DNA of 64,000 bases from an uncultured Nitrospiraceae bacterium (GTDB lineage: Bacteria > Nitrospirota > 9FT-COMBO-42-15 > HDB-SIOI813). Of the stretch, positions 38,818-49,199 are shown piece by piece. The position numbers were made by a program, and so were the translations under genes. The first letter of the stretch is position 1. Every line of letters begins with the position of its first letter. Under the pieces are notes generated by a model that saw only the letters and a list, made by a program, of their open reading frames with translations, was not told where the DNA came from and made no database searches. The stretch spans positions 311,960 through 375,959 of the forward strand of contig CAZTAM010000003.1 of the NCBI GenBank assembly GCA_964611625.1, read 5' to 3'.

Positions 38818-40056
38818 ATGAATATAATACATTATCTTCTCACAATTATTATAATTTCAAATATAACTGCCGGCGTCTATGCCCAGGATATCTCATTTCA
38901 CGGCTTTATACAGGGAAACATGTCTGCCAGGATTACAGGGGAAGAGACACCTGACGGCAGTGAAGGAGGAGACTATCTCTCAGGGGAAGAAAGATTCCGG
39001 GGGGAGATTACCGGCAGCTCCGGATCTGCTGCCTTTACACTGAAGACGGACTTTGTCCATGACTCTGTTTCAGATGAAGACAGGATTGACATCAGGGAGG
39101 GCTATATAGATTACAGGTCACATAACTATGACCTGAGGGCCGGCAGACAGATAATTACATGGGGAGCCGGGGATCTGCTGTTCATCAATGACACATATCC
39201 CAAAAATTATTCAGCCCTGTTCTCAGGCCAACCGCTGGAATATCTTAAGACAGGTTCAGATGCTGTAAAGTTGTCTGTATATTCTGAGATGTTTTCTGCT
39301 GATTTAGTAGTAATTCCCTTCTTTGAACCTTATCAGCTTCCTGACTCTGAGAGATATTTTATGTATAAGCCGATGAATATAACCGGTACAGAACTGCCGA
39401 GGGAAGAGATCGAAAATACTGAAGCTGCCCTGAGGGTGTACAGGCAGTTTGGACGCTTTGATACATCCATCTATTTGTACCGGGGATTTTATAAAATACC
39501 TGGGGTGAAACCGATATCCCCGGCTGATGCAGAACTCTTCTATCCTCAGCTTGCCGTCTATGGATTCAGCATGCAGGGGGCTTTTGCAGACGGTGTTATA
39601 AGCATAGAAAGCGGCTACTATGACTCCCTTGATGACAGGAATGGAGATGACCCAGCAATATCTAACTCGTCCACAAAATATATCCTTGGTTATTCAAAAC
39701 AAGTCTGGACTGATTTCACAGCAGGTGTGCAATTCTACGGAGAATATATGCAGGATTATAACAGATATGAAGACTCCCTTCCTGAAGGTTTTCCCAAAAC
39801 CGATCAGATTCATCAGCTGATAACCTTGAGGCTGACACAGATGCTCAAATACAATACGGTACGGTTAAGTCTTTTTTCATTCTACAGCCCGGACGATGAA
39901 GACTACTTTATAATTCCGGAAGCCAGATATAACATTACGGACTCCTTATGGATATCTGCTGGGATCAATATATTTGGAGGAAAGGACACAAGAACATTCT
40001 TCGGACAGTTTGACAGGAACGACAACCTGTTTACTACTGTCAGGTACGAGTTTTGA
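38818..40056 (+). CDS. Putative outer-membrane beta-barrel protein
   Basis: Signal peptide (…AGVYAQD), alternating Tyr/Gly/aromatic pattern, C-terminal ...VRYEF; track GTG start at 38800 overlaps upstream gene. Confidence 0.35.
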   Translation: MNIIHYLLTIIIISNITAGVYAQDISFHGFIQGNMSARITGEETPDGSEGGDYLSGEERFRGEITGSSGSAAFTLKTDFVHDSVSDEDRIDIREGYIDYRSHNYDLRAGRQIITWGAGDLLFINDTYPKNYSALFSGQPLEYLKTGSDAVKLSVYSEMFSADLVVIPFFEPYQLPDSERYFMYKPMNITGTELPREEIENTEAALRVYRQFGRFDTSIYLYRGFYKIPGVKPISPADAELFYPQLAVYGFSMQGAFADGVISIESGYYDSLDDRNGDDPAISNSSTKYILGYSKQVWTDFTAGVQFYGEYMQDYNRYEDSLPEGFPKTDQIHQLITLRLTQMLKYNTVRLSLFSFYSPDDEDYFIIPEARYNITDSLWISAGINIFGGKDTRTFFGQFDRNDNLFTTVRYEF

Positions 40057-40633
40057 TGAATTTTTCTACATATTTACCTATCATATCTGCCTCTAAATTT
40101 ACTATATCTCCGGACTTCTTGAATCCCAGCGTTGTCATTTTCGCCGTGTGGGGAATTACCATTACTGAAAACCTGTTTCCATTGACTTCATTAACAGTAA
40201 GGCTTATGCCGTCAATTGCTATGGAACCTTTCTGAATCAGATACCCCTGGATTTCCTTCGGGACTTCCAGGGTAAACAAAGACATGCCGCCTTTCTTGTC
40301 AACTCCCCTTATAAAACCTATCCCATCAATGTGACCGGACACGAGATGTCCTCCCAGACGGTCAGACAGTTTCATCGGGCGCTCTATGTTAACCTTGTCA
40401 CCTCCACGCAGTTTCCCAAGATTTGTTCTTTTTACGGTCTCACCCGACACATCAGCTGTAAATGATAATTTGTCGAAATCTGTGACCGTAAGACAGGCGC
40501 CATTTATAGCAATACTGTCTCCTGTCTTCATACTGTCCATTATTACCTTTGCTGACACGGACAGGAGGATACCTTCAGATTGCCTCCTCACACCCTTTAT
40601 TGTTCCAAGCTCCTCTATAATTCCTGTAAACAT
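40040..40633 (-). CDS. ribE: Riboflavin synthase
   Basis: MFTGIIEELG N-terminus and internal repeat of the lumazine-binding domain. Confidence 0.9.
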   Translation of the reverse strand: MFTGIIEELGTIKGVRRQSEGILLSVSAKVIMDSMKTGDSIAINGACLTVTDFDKLSFTADVSGETVKRTNLGKLRGGDKVNIERPMKLSDRLGGHLVSGHIDGIGFIRGVDKKGGMSLFTLEVPKEIQGYLIQKGSIAIDGISLTVNEVNGNRFSVMVIPHTAKMTTLGFKKSGDIVNLEADMIGKYVEKFIKTRT

Positions 40634-41878
40634 TTAATGTCTCACATACCCTTCCAACATAAAATCTTCCCCAGACTTTTTAACGCGCACATCCATGAGG
40701 AATATAGAATCATCAAGGCTCTCAGGTGAATTACCTCCAACAATACCTATGGCGTCACGCCCGCCTATTATCCTTGCTGAATAGAAAATCACGATCTTAT
40801 CCACTATCCCTTCCCTGAGGGCTGAGGCATTAATCTCTGAACCGCCTTCTATGAGGACACTTGTAATACCTGACTTGCCAAGGATATTCATAAGAGACCG
40901 CAGATTAACTTTTCCTGCTTCATTAGAAAATACAGCCTCCATGCCATTTCCCGTACACCTGTCATTCTGAACCTGTTTCATAATGTCCTGCTCCGGCATC
41001 GTTTGCGATCCTGAAATAAATTCAGTATGATATCGGGGATATTCGTCATCCTCTATGAACCGTCGGCTCGTGAGGGGTTCAACCATGTCTGCTATGATAG
41101 TCCTTATACCAAGCTTTTCGAGTTCCTTTAATTTACCGCAGGGTGATAGTACAGTCGATACAACCATCGTCTGCTGACCAGTGCTTACATCCAGCACCCT
41201 GGAGGTTAGCGGAATCCTCAACTTTGAATCTATTATTATCCTGAGCGGCTGTTTTCCTTTGTCTCTCACATGCCGGACGCTAAGCACCGGGTCATCAGCA
41301 ATTACAGTGCCTATGCCTGCTAAAACCGCATCCACTGTTGATCTCAGCTTATGAGAGGAGACCCTTGAAGCCTTTCCTGTTATCCATCTCGATTCACCTG
41401 ACGCAAGGGCAATCTTTCCGTCAAGACTCGCGGCTGTCTTTAGAATCACATATGGAACATTGGATGTAATAAACTTACTGTATATCTCATTAATCCTGCA
41501 CGCGTCATTATTCAAGACATCACTTTCGACTGATATTCCTGCTTTAAGTAATTCATCAATGCCACGACCATTAACCTGAGGGTTTGGATCTGTCATACCA
41601 ATTACAACCCGTTTTACCCCGGATCTTATAATCTCCCGTGTGCAGGGAGGTGTTCTTTTGTCAGTATGACAACATGGTTCAAGATTTACATAGAGAGTCG
41701 CACCTGCAGCTTCACTGCCGCTCTCTCTTATGGCAACGGCCTCTGCATGCAATTGACCAGGTCCTCTATGGTAACCCCTGCCGATTATCCTCCCGTTGTT
41801 TACTAAGACAGCTCCTACCATTGGATTGGGACTCGTCATGCCTAACCCTCTTCTGGCAAGCGTCAGGGCCATACGCAT
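40634..41878 (-). CDS. ribD: Bifunctional riboflavin deaminase/reductase RibD
   Basis: Deaminase zinc motif HAE...PCxxC (HAEAVA, CCHTDKRTPPC) plus reductase domain; start moved to ATG 41878 because the track N-terminus translates a terminator hairpin. Confidence 0.85.
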   Translation of the reverse strand: MRMALTLARRGLGMTSPNPMVGAVLVNNGRIIGRGYHRGPGQLHAEAVAIRESGSEAAGATLYVNLEPCCHTDKRTPPCTREIIRSGVKRVVIGMTDPNPQVNGRGIDELLKAGISVESDVLNNDACRINEIYSKFITSNVPYVILKTAASLDGKIALASGESRWITGKASRVSSHKLRSTVDAVLAGIGTVIADDPVLSVRHVRDKGKQPLRIIIDSKLRIPLTSRVLDVSTGQQTMVVSTVLSPCGKLKELEKLGIRTIIADMVEPLTSRRFIEDDEYPRYHTEFISGSQTMPEQDIMKQVQNDRCTGNGMEAVFSNEAGKVNLRSLMNILGKSGITSVLIEGGSEINASALREGIVDKIVIFYSARIIGGRDAIGIVGGNSPESLDDSIFLMDVRVKKSGEDFMLEGYVRH

Positions 41879-41928
41879 GTATTTTTTATCCGGAAATCCG
41901 ATCTTCAACCTGTCCCCCGAAAGGCAAA

Positions 41929-41990
41929 GGGGCCAGGCCTTAAAACCTGACATCTTTTTTTAAAAGATGTCAGGTTTCAGGACATGGCCC
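41929..41990. terminator. Long palindromic hairpin between ppdK and ribD
   Basis: Perfect inverted repeat ACCTGACATC-TTTTTTTAAAA-GATGTCAGGT (41945-41976) nested in GGGGCCA...TGGCCCC, with T-runs on both strands. Confidence 0.5.
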
Positions 41991-42006
41991 CTTCTTGACC
42001 TTTTTT

Positions 42007-44637
42007 TTACTTGTTTTTTATCACAGCTTGTGCGGCAGCAAACCTTGCTATAGGAACACGGTATGGTGAACAGCTTACATAGTCCATGCCGGCCCTGTGA
42101 AAAAACTCAACAGACCTCGGATCACCGCCATGCTCACCGCAAATACCAACCTTAAGATTAGACTTGGCTGAGCGCCCCTTCTCGATCCCGATCTTTACAA
42201 GCTGTCCTACCCCGTCCTGATCCAGCGAAACAAACGGATCAACATCAAAAATACCCTTCTCTACATATACTGGCAGGAATCTGCCTGAGTCATCCCTGCT
42301 TAGTCCAAGGGTCGTCTGCGTAAGATCATTTGTCCCGAATGAGAAGAACTCCGCATGTACTGCAATCTCATCAGCCACAAGTGCCGCCCTTGGAAGTTCT
42401 ATCATTGTCCCCACCTGATATTTGATCTTGACCTTGTACGCCTTCATTACCTCAGCGGCAACCAGGTCAATAGTCTCTCTAAGTTTCCTGAGTTCCATTG
42501 GGTAACCGACAAGGGGGATCATAACTTCAGGTATTACTTGTACACCTTCACATACAAGATCGCATGCTGCCTCAAATATTGCCCTGGCCTGCATCTCATA
42601 TATCTCCGGATAGGTAATGCCGAGCCTGCAGCCACGGTGTCCGAGCATGGGGTTGAATTCATGCAGCGTCTTATTTCGTGCCGCTAAACGATCAGGCGGC
42701 ACACCCATATCCCGGGAAAGTTCTTCGATCTCCTGTTCTGTATGAGGAAGAAACTCGTGCAGGGGCGGGTCGAGTAATCTGATGGTAACAGGAAGTCCTT
42801 TCATCACCCTGAATATTTCCGTAAAATCACCTTTTTGCATTGGAAGGATCTTTTCCAGGGCTTTTTTTCTGCCGTCAGTATCATCTGACAGAATCATCTC
42901 GCGGACAGCCTTTATCCTGTCTGGATCGAAAAACATATGCTCAGTTCTGCAGAGACCAATTCCTTCAGCGCCAAAATCCCGGGCTACCTGTGCATCGTGC
43001 GATGTATCTGCATTTGATCGTACCTTGAGTTTACGTATTTTATCTACCCACTTCATCATTGTGGCAAAGCTGCCGCTTAATTTTGGTTTTATGAGACTTA
43101 CCTCTCCTAATATCAATTCACCGGTTGACCCATTGATCGTAATAAAATCACCTTCTCTTATGACTTTGTCATTGGCCCTGAGGTATTTTTCCTTTTCCTT
43201 TACCTGGATGTCGCTGCACCCAACAACACATGGCTTACCCATTCCTCTCGCCACAACAGCTGCATGAGATGTCATGCCGCCTCGCGACGTCAGTATACCC
43301 TCTGCGGCATGCATGCCGCCTATATCCTCAGGAGATGTCTCCATTCTGATCAGCACGCACCTCTCCCCTTCCCGCACCATTCTCTCTGCATCTTCCGGCG
43401 AAAATACTGCACGCCCAACGGCCGCACCAGGAGAAGCCGGGAGCCCCTTAGCCACCACATCCAATTTTACATCCGGGTTAATCATTGGGTGAAGAAGCTG
43501 GTCGAGCTGATCTGGATTTATCCTCATGATTGCAGTCTCTTTATCTATGAGTCCTTCTTCAACCATTTCTACGGCAATCCTGATGGCTGCTGCTGCTGTC
43601 CTTTTGCCGCTCCTTGTCTGAAGCATGTAGAGAGTGCCCTCCTGAATCGTAAACTCGATATCCAGCATCTCCTTATAGTGATTTTCCAACTTCTTATATA
43701 TATCCATCAATTCATCATAGGCAGCAGGAACAAGTTTTTTCAGACCTTCGATTGGAAAGGGTGTCCTGATGCCTGCAACTACATCCTCACCCTGTGCATT
43801 CATAAGACACTCACCGAAGAATATTCTTTCACCGGAATTCGGGTCGCGCGTGAATGCAACACCAGTTCCGGATGTCTCCCCCATATTGCCAAATACCATG
43901 GCACATACGTTTACTGCTGTCCCCATGTTTTCAGGCAGATTGTGAATCCTTCGGTACGTAATTGCACGCTGGGCATACCAGGAGTCGAAGACTGCATTGG
44001 TCGCCATCATCAACTGCTCAAGCGGGTCCATCGGAAAGTCCTTTCCTGTATCCTTTTTTACAAGTTTTTTATATTTTGCTACGACGTCCTTAAGTGCATC
44101 AGCATCAAGTCCCGTATCTTCTTTCACATTAAGTGCATCTTTTTTCTCGTCCAGTATATCCTCGAATTTGGTCCTTTCAACACCCATAACAACACTGCCA
44201 AACATAGTTATAAAACGTCTGTAGGCATCATATGCAAATCTTTCATTGCTGGATTTTCTTGCAAGCCCCTGCACGGTAGAATCATTAAGACCCACATTAA
44301 GGACAGTATCCATCATACCCGGCATTGAAACTTTGGCGCCTGACCTGACCGAAACAAGCAGCGGATTATTACTATCTCCAAACTTATGCCCCATAGACTT
44401 CTCTACCCTGTGCAGGTGTTCCAGTGTCTCATCCCACATACCCTCCGGATATGCCTTTCCCATCTTGTAATATTCAATGCATGCCTCGGTCGTTATGGTA
44501 AAACCGGAAGGCACTCTGATCCCGAGGTTTGTCATCTCTGCCAGACCCGCACCTTTTCCTCCCAGAAGGTCTTTCATATCACCGCGGCCCTCTGCCTTGC
44601 CATCACCAAAGAAGTAAACAAATTTCTTCTTAGCCAT
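42007..44637 (-). CDS. ppdK: Pyruvate, phosphate dikinase
   Basis: 876 aa, N-terminal ATP-grasp, central phospho-His domain, C-terminal PEP-utilising domain; SD AAAGGGGGGA. Confidence 0.95.
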   Translation of the reverse strand: MAKKKFVYFFGDGKAEGRGDMKDLLGGKGAGLAEMTNLGIRVPSGFTITTEACIEYYKMGKAYPEGMWDETLEHLHRVEKSMGHKFGDSNNPLLVSVRSGAKVSMPGMMDTVLNVGLNDSTVQGLARKSSNERFAYDAYRRFITMFGSVVMGVERTKFEDILDEKKDALNVKEDTGLDADALKDVVAKYKKLVKKDTGKDFPMDPLEQLMMATNAVFDSWYAQRAITYRRIHNLPENMGTAVNVCAMVFGNMGETSGTGVAFTRDPNSGERIFFGECLMNAQGEDVVAGIRTPFPIEGLKKLVPAAYDELMDIYKKLENHYKEMLDIEFTIQEGTLYMLQTRSGKRTAAAAIRIAVEMVEEGLIDKETAIMRINPDQLDQLLHPMINPDVKLDVVAKGLPASPGAAVGRAVFSPEDAERMVREGERCVLIRMETSPEDIGGMHAAEGILTSRGGMTSHAAVVARGMGKPCVVGCSDIQVKEKEKYLRANDKVIREGDFITINGSTGELILGEVSLIKPKLSGSFATMMKWVDKIRKLKVRSNADTSHDAQVARDFGAEGIGLCRTEHMFFDPDRIKAVREMILSDDTDGRKKALEKILPMQKGDFTEIFRVMKGLPVTIRLLDPPLHEFLPHTEQEIEELSRDMGVPPDRLAARNKTLHEFNPMLGHRGCRLGITYPEIYEMQARAIFEAACDLVCEGVQVIPEVMIPLVGYPMELRKLRETIDLVAAEVMKAYKVKIKYQVGTMIELPRAALVADEIAVHAEFFSFGTNDLTQTTLGLSRDDSGRFLPVYVEKGIFDVDPFVSLDQDGVGQLVKIGIEKGRSAKSNLKVGICGEHGGDPRSVEFFHRAGMDYVSCSPYRVPIARFAAAQAVIKNK

Positions 44638-44652
44638 AACTAATCCCCCCTT

Positions 44653-45588
44653 TTACCATAACGGTCCCTTGATATTATCACTGATATCCTTAACATCCTC
44701 TGTCCACAGCTTCTCACTTACGTATTTCCAGCCGCCGTCAGGAAACAAAGTTACAATGACACCTTTTTCCATCTTGCGTGCGATCTTTATGACATGATGC
44801 ATTACAGCCCCGGATGATATGCCGGCAAAGATTCCCTCTTTATCTGCAAGTTCTTTAACCATGATAAAGGAATCTTCATCTTTTGCAAATTCACAATAAT
44901 CCAGTTGATTTAGATCAAGAATCGGCGGAACGTATCCATCCAGCAAACTTCTCAGTCCCTGCAAACCGCTTTTAGGATATGGCTGTACTGCTATTATCTG
45001 AGTCCGTGGATTATGTTCCTTTAATCGTCTGCCGGCTCCCATCAGGGTTCCTCCTGTGCCAAGACCCGCAACGAAACAATCTATCGGTTCCTGCACATCT
45101 CTCAGGATCTCCACTGCTGTAGTATAATAATGGGCTCCCGGATTATTGGGATTGCTATATTGATCCAGCATAATATATTCTTTATTTTCCTCTGCCATCC
45201 TCTTTGCAACCCTGATTGCCCCGTTTGTACCTTCATCACCCGGAGACAGCACTATCTCAACACCGTATGCCTTGAGTATTTCCCGTCTCTCAACGCTCAT
45301 GCACTCAGGCATAACGGCAACAAGCCTGTAGCCCTTTATCCTCGCTATCATCCCAAGAGAAATACCTGTGTTGCCGCTCGTTGGTTCAAGCAGTATTTTA
45401 TCTTTAGAGAGCAGACCTTCACTCTCAGCGTTTTCAATCATGAACTTTGCAATACGGTCCTTGACACTCCCTGTCGGATTTGCTCCCTCAAGCTTAGCAT
45501 ATATCTTAACATTTCTGTTGGGATTAAGTCTGACTATCTCAACCAGCGGCGTATTGCCAATAGCATCTATGAGCGACTTATAAAGCAT
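44653..45588 (-). CDS. Cysteine synthase (PLP-dependent, CysK/CysM family)
   Basis: PLP-lysine motif (NPTGSVKDR), Gly-rich loop GTGGT. Confidence 0.8.
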   Translation of the reverse strand: MLYKSLIDAIGNTPLVEIVRLNPNRNVKIYAKLEGANPTGSVKDRIAKFMIENAESEGLLSKDKILLEPTSGNTGISLGMIARIKGYRLVAVMPECMSVERREILKAYGVEIVLSPGDEGTNGAIRVAKRMAEENKEYIMLDQYSNPNNPGAHYYTTAVEILRDVQEPIDCFVAGLGTGGTLMGAGRRLKEHNPRTQIIAVQPYPKSGLQGLRSLLDGYVPPILDLNQLDYCEFAKDEDSFIMVKELADKEGIFAGISSGAVMHHVIKIARKMEKGVIVTLFPDGGWKYVSEKLWTEDVKDISDNIKGPLW

Positions 45589-45629
45589 ATGCCCCTTTCT
45601 GATAACTCATTGCTCATTGCTTCTTATAC

Positions 45630-47714
45630 TCATTGCTTTCCTTCCACTACTATCTGCCTGAAATCTGCAAAATTCAGAAATAGATCCCTGAGCATACTCA
45701 TCAATGACAGCCTGTTATTCCTCAGATTAATATCCTTATCCATCACCAGTACCTTGTCAAAAAAAAGGTCTACCCTGGGTTTTAATTCTGCAATTGAGTA
45801 GAATGCCTTCCAGAAATTATATTCCTTCTTTGCAAGCATAGCCTTGCGCTCGGCATCTCTGTATGCCTCGTAAAGTCCCTTCTCTTCATCTTCAATCAAC
45901 AGATCCTCTTTAAACAGATTCATGAAATCCGGAGGGATTATATTCATCACCCGTTTGAATGAAACAGTAAGGGCATCAAACTCCGGTTTGATCCTGTAGC
46001 GGTCCAATGCAGTTATTCTTAGAAATGCATCATACGGGTCATCAAGATCTGCTGAAATCACTGCCCTCACGCAATCGTACCTGTATCCTTCTGACACAAG
46101 AAGTGTACTAAGCCTCTCTCTGAAAAAATCTATAACGTCCTTTATTATGGCACCATGCCTTGAATCAGCAATAAAACTGCTGTAGGCAGTAAGACTGCCT
46201 TCTGCCGCCCTATTTAGAGAGACATGATGCTCCCCCTTTATGAGGATATGCAGTATGCCGAGGGCCTGGCGTCTGAGGGCATAGGGATCATTCGAACCTG
46301 TAGGAACATTGCCTGACCCAAAACATCCCACTATATTATCCATCTTCTCTGCAACTGCAAGCAGCTTTCCTGCCTTTGTTGCAGGCAGCATATCCCCGGA
46401 AAACCGGGGAAGGTAGTGCTCAAATATTGCCATAGCGACTTCACTCTTTTCCCCCTGCCTTAAGGCATACTCCCTCCCCATGACCCCCTGAAGCTCAGGA
46501 AACTCGCCAACCATCTCTGTCATAAGATCCGCTTTCGACAGCTCTGCAGACCTTTCTGCAATAGATGCGATAACTGGCCATGCAAAAAGTTCTGATAAAT
46601 GATTAACTGATGATTTCAATCTTAAAACCTTCTCAGACATAGTTCCAAGCTTTGCCATGAAGACAACCTGACCCAGTTTCAAAGACCGCTCCTCAAGCCT
46701 CACCCTGCAATCTGAATCAAAGAAGAATTTTGCATCGGATAACCTTGCCCTGACAACCCTCTCGTAGCCTGACCTGACAACATCCAAATCTTTAGGCATC
46801 GTATTACTTACAGAAATGAAATACGGCAGGCTTTCTCCGCGTTCATTTTCAACCAGGAAAGATCTCTGATGCTCCCTGAGCACTGTGACAAGAACATCTT
46901 TTGGAAGCGACAGGAAACTCTCATCAAACCTTCCGCAGACGGCAACGGGATATTCTGTTAAATATGCTACCTCTTTAAGGAGTTCCTCATCAGGAATAAC
47001 CAGACCACCTTTTTCATGTGAAACCGCCCCAAGCTGTACCTCAATGATCTTACGCCTTTCAGCCTGATCAACAATTACAAACCTCTCCTCAAGCGAGCGA
47101 ATGTAGCCATCATAGCTTTTAACCACAAAAGATTGAGGCGACATGAAGTGATGACCGTAAGATATTTGTCCGCTTGTCACACCTGCAAAATCAAGGGTGA
47201 TAACTTCCTCGCCATAAAGGGTCAACAGCCACCTCAACGGTCTTGCAAAACGTACCCTTGTATCATTCCATCGCATGGATTTTGGAAAATTGATTGAAGA
47301 TAAGAGGTTATTGAGGAGCAGAGACAGGACGTCTTTTGTATTTTTCCCTTTCTCCTGTTTCTCTGCAAACAGATATTCACCCTTATCCGTCTTTTTAATC
47401 TTTATTTGCGAAATTTCCATACCCTGACTTTTTGCAAAACCAACTGCCGCTTTAGTAGGGTTGCCCTCTGCATCATAGGCCGCGCTTTTTGGAGGACCTG
47501 ACACCTCAATAACTATGTCTTCCTGTACATCAACAACTTCTTTGACAATCAAGGCGAGGCGCCTCGGTGTACCATAGACAGCAATATCAGAGTAATGGAG
47601 GCGGTTTTCCTTAAATAGCCTCTCTGCGGAGTCCTTTAGACCGGCAATAGCCGCAGGCATAAACCTTGCCGGAATCTCCTCGGTACCAATCTCCAGAAGA
47701 AAGTCTTTATTCAT
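45630..47714 (-). CDS. glyS: Glycyl-tRNA synthetase beta subunit
   Basis: 694 aa, typical GlyS N-terminus (LLEIGTEEIPARF). Confidence 0.9.
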   Translation of the reverse strand: MNKDFLLEIGTEEIPARFMPAAIAGLKDSAERLFKENRLHYSDIAVYGTPRRLALIVKEVVDVQEDIVIEVSGPPKSAAYDAEGNPTKAAVGFAKSQGMEISQIKIKKTDKGEYLFAEKQEKGKNTKDVLSLLLNNLLSSINFPKSMRWNDTRVRFARPLRWLLTLYGEEVITLDFAGVTSGQISYGHHFMSPQSFVVKSYDGYIRSLEERFVIVDQAERRKIIEVQLGAVSHEKGGLVIPDEELLKEVAYLTEYPVAVCGRFDESFLSLPKDVLVTVLREHQRSFLVENERGESLPYFISVSNTMPKDLDVVRSGYERVVRARLSDAKFFFDSDCRVRLEERSLKLGQVVFMAKLGTMSEKVLRLKSSVNHLSELFAWPVIASIAERSAELSKADLMTEMVGEFPELQGVMGREYALRQGEKSEVAMAIFEHYLPRFSGDMLPATKAGKLLAVAEKMDNIVGCFGSGNVPTGSNDPYALRRQALGILHILIKGEHHVSLNRAAEGSLTAYSSFIADSRHGAIIKDVIDFFRERLSTLLVSEGYRYDCVRAVISADLDDPYDAFLRITALDRYRIKPEFDALTVSFKRVMNIIPPDFMNLFKEDLLIEDEEKGLYEAYRDAERKAMLAKKEYNFWKAFYSIAELKPRVDLFFDKVLVMDKDINLRNNRLSLMSMLRDLFLNFADFRQIVVEGKQ

Positions 47715-47760
47715 TATTCACCAGAAAAGCCAGCGTAAAATTTATTCCGCTCATTCTTCC

Positions 47761-48612
47761 TTATCCCTTCATTATCGCCTGACCTGAATATCCCTCAGCA
47801 CATCGCTTAGCCAGGTTTCTTACCCTCGTAATATAACCTGTCCTCTCAGACACACTGATGGCCTTTCTTGCATCAAGAAGATTGAATATATGAGATGTCT
47901 TAAGACAATAATCGTAGGCAGGGAGTATTAAACCTTTTGCAATAAGAGATGATGACTCTTTTTCGTACATCTTGAATAATGAAAACAGCATTTCTATATC
48001 TGCCTCTTCAAAATTATACCTGGAAAACTCCACCTCACTCCTGTGATGAACATCTCCATACGTCATGCCATCAGTCCAGACCAGGTCGAACACATTATCA
48101 ACTCCCTGAAGGTACATGGCTATTCTCTCGAGGCCGTATGTAATCTCAACAGACACAGGTTCCAGCTCAATACCTCCAACCTCCTGGAAGTATGTAAACT
48201 GTGTAATCTCCATACCGTCAAGCCATACCTCCCATCCAAGCCCCCAGGCCCCGAGTGTAGGCGATTCCCAATCGTCTTCAACAAACCTGAAATCATGCTC
48301 ATCTTTTTTTAGACCAAGGATCGCAAGGCTCTGTAAATAGATATCCTGAATATCATCAGGTACTGGTTTAAGGATTACCTGGAACTGATAGTAATGCTGG
48401 AGGCGGTTGGGGTTCTCGCCATACCTTCCATCAGTGGGCCTTCGGGAAGGTTCAACATAGGCAACCCGCCATGGTTCAGGCCCCAGTACCCTGAAGAATG
48501 TAGCCGGATTGAATGTGCCTGCCCCGACTTCGATATCGTATGGCTGTCTGATGACGCAGCCCCTGTCTGCCCAAAACCTCTGAAGTGAAAGAATAACGTC
48601 CTGAAATTTCAT
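47761..48612 (-). CDS. glyQ: Glycyl-tRNA synthetase alpha subunit
   Basis: Highly conserved GlyQ sequence; ATG at 48612 matches the E. coli N-terminus (track start is TTG at 48648). Confidence 0.95.
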   Translation of the reverse strand: MKFQDVILSLQRFWADRGCVIRQPYDIEVGAGTFNPATFFRVLGPEPWRVAYVEPSRRPTDGRYGENPNRLQHYYQFQVILKPVPDDIQDIYLQSLAILGLKKDEHDFRFVEDDWESPTLGAWGLGWEVWLDGMEITQFTYFQEVGGIELEPVSVEITYGLERIAMYLQGVDNVFDLVWTDGMTYGDVHHRSEVEFSRYNFEEADIEMLFSLFKMYEKESSSLIAKGLILPAYDYCLKTSHIFNLLDARKAISVSERTGYITRVRNLAKRCAEGYSGQAIMKG

Positions 48613-48764
48613 AGATGGATTATAAGGAAATGACCCTTGTACTGTCAAGCAATTGCGTTATCCGGAATGTTTCATTTTAAGGATATATGCCTGCCGGAAG
48701 GGGCGTCAGCGGTGATCACCTGACATCAGAAAGATTATCATGGCGGAATAATAAATAGTATTGA

Positions 48765-48998
48765 TTATACAGATAAATGGCTTTCGGGCTTTGACTCCGT
48801 AACAGGTATTGATATTAAGTAATCCCCTTCGTTTTTATTAATCCGAAGATCACCCTTTGCCACAAGCCTTTCAACTGCCAGGAAAATCACATTATATGAG
48901 GCATCGATAGCATATTCAAGGTTTGATAGCGTAATACTTCCCCGCTGTTTAACAAGTGAATCTATTCTCGAGGCAGTCAAATCAATCAGGTCATACAT
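48765..48998 (-). CDS. Small hypothetical protein (77 aa), possible winged-helix fold
   Basis: ATG preceded by SD GGGAGG; no recognisable catalytic motif. Confidence 0.35.
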   Translation of the reverse strand: MYDLIDLTASRIDSLVKQRGSITLSNLEYAIDASYNVIFLAVERLVAKGDLRINKNEGDYLISIPVTESKPESHLSV

Positions 48999-49199
48999 TT
49001 ATTGCCTCCCTTGCATCACACATAAGTTAATTACCTAACTGAGATATTATATATATAGGATAACTACAAGATCAGCAATCATATTTATTATGATTATATT
49101 GTCATTGTTTTCATGATATGTTGTAAACATATTTTGACATCAGTTGGAATGGAGATTACCTTTGACGATAAATACCGGTCTCTGTTATGATTGAGTTCG

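Noticed and set aside
41879-41953. N-terminal 25 residues of the longest ribD ORF
   Set aside because: They translate the terminator palindrome; an internal ATG at 41878 restores a normal RibD N-terminus.
41879-42006. Possible FMN riboswitch upstream of ribD
   Set aside because: Leader is about 130 nt and mostly occupied by the ppdK terminator palindrome; none of the conserved RFN segments seen.
43264-44328. 354-aa plus-strand ORF, Cys/His-rich
   Set aside because: Entirely antisense to the well-supported ppdK gene; low-complexity composition typical of shadow ORFs.
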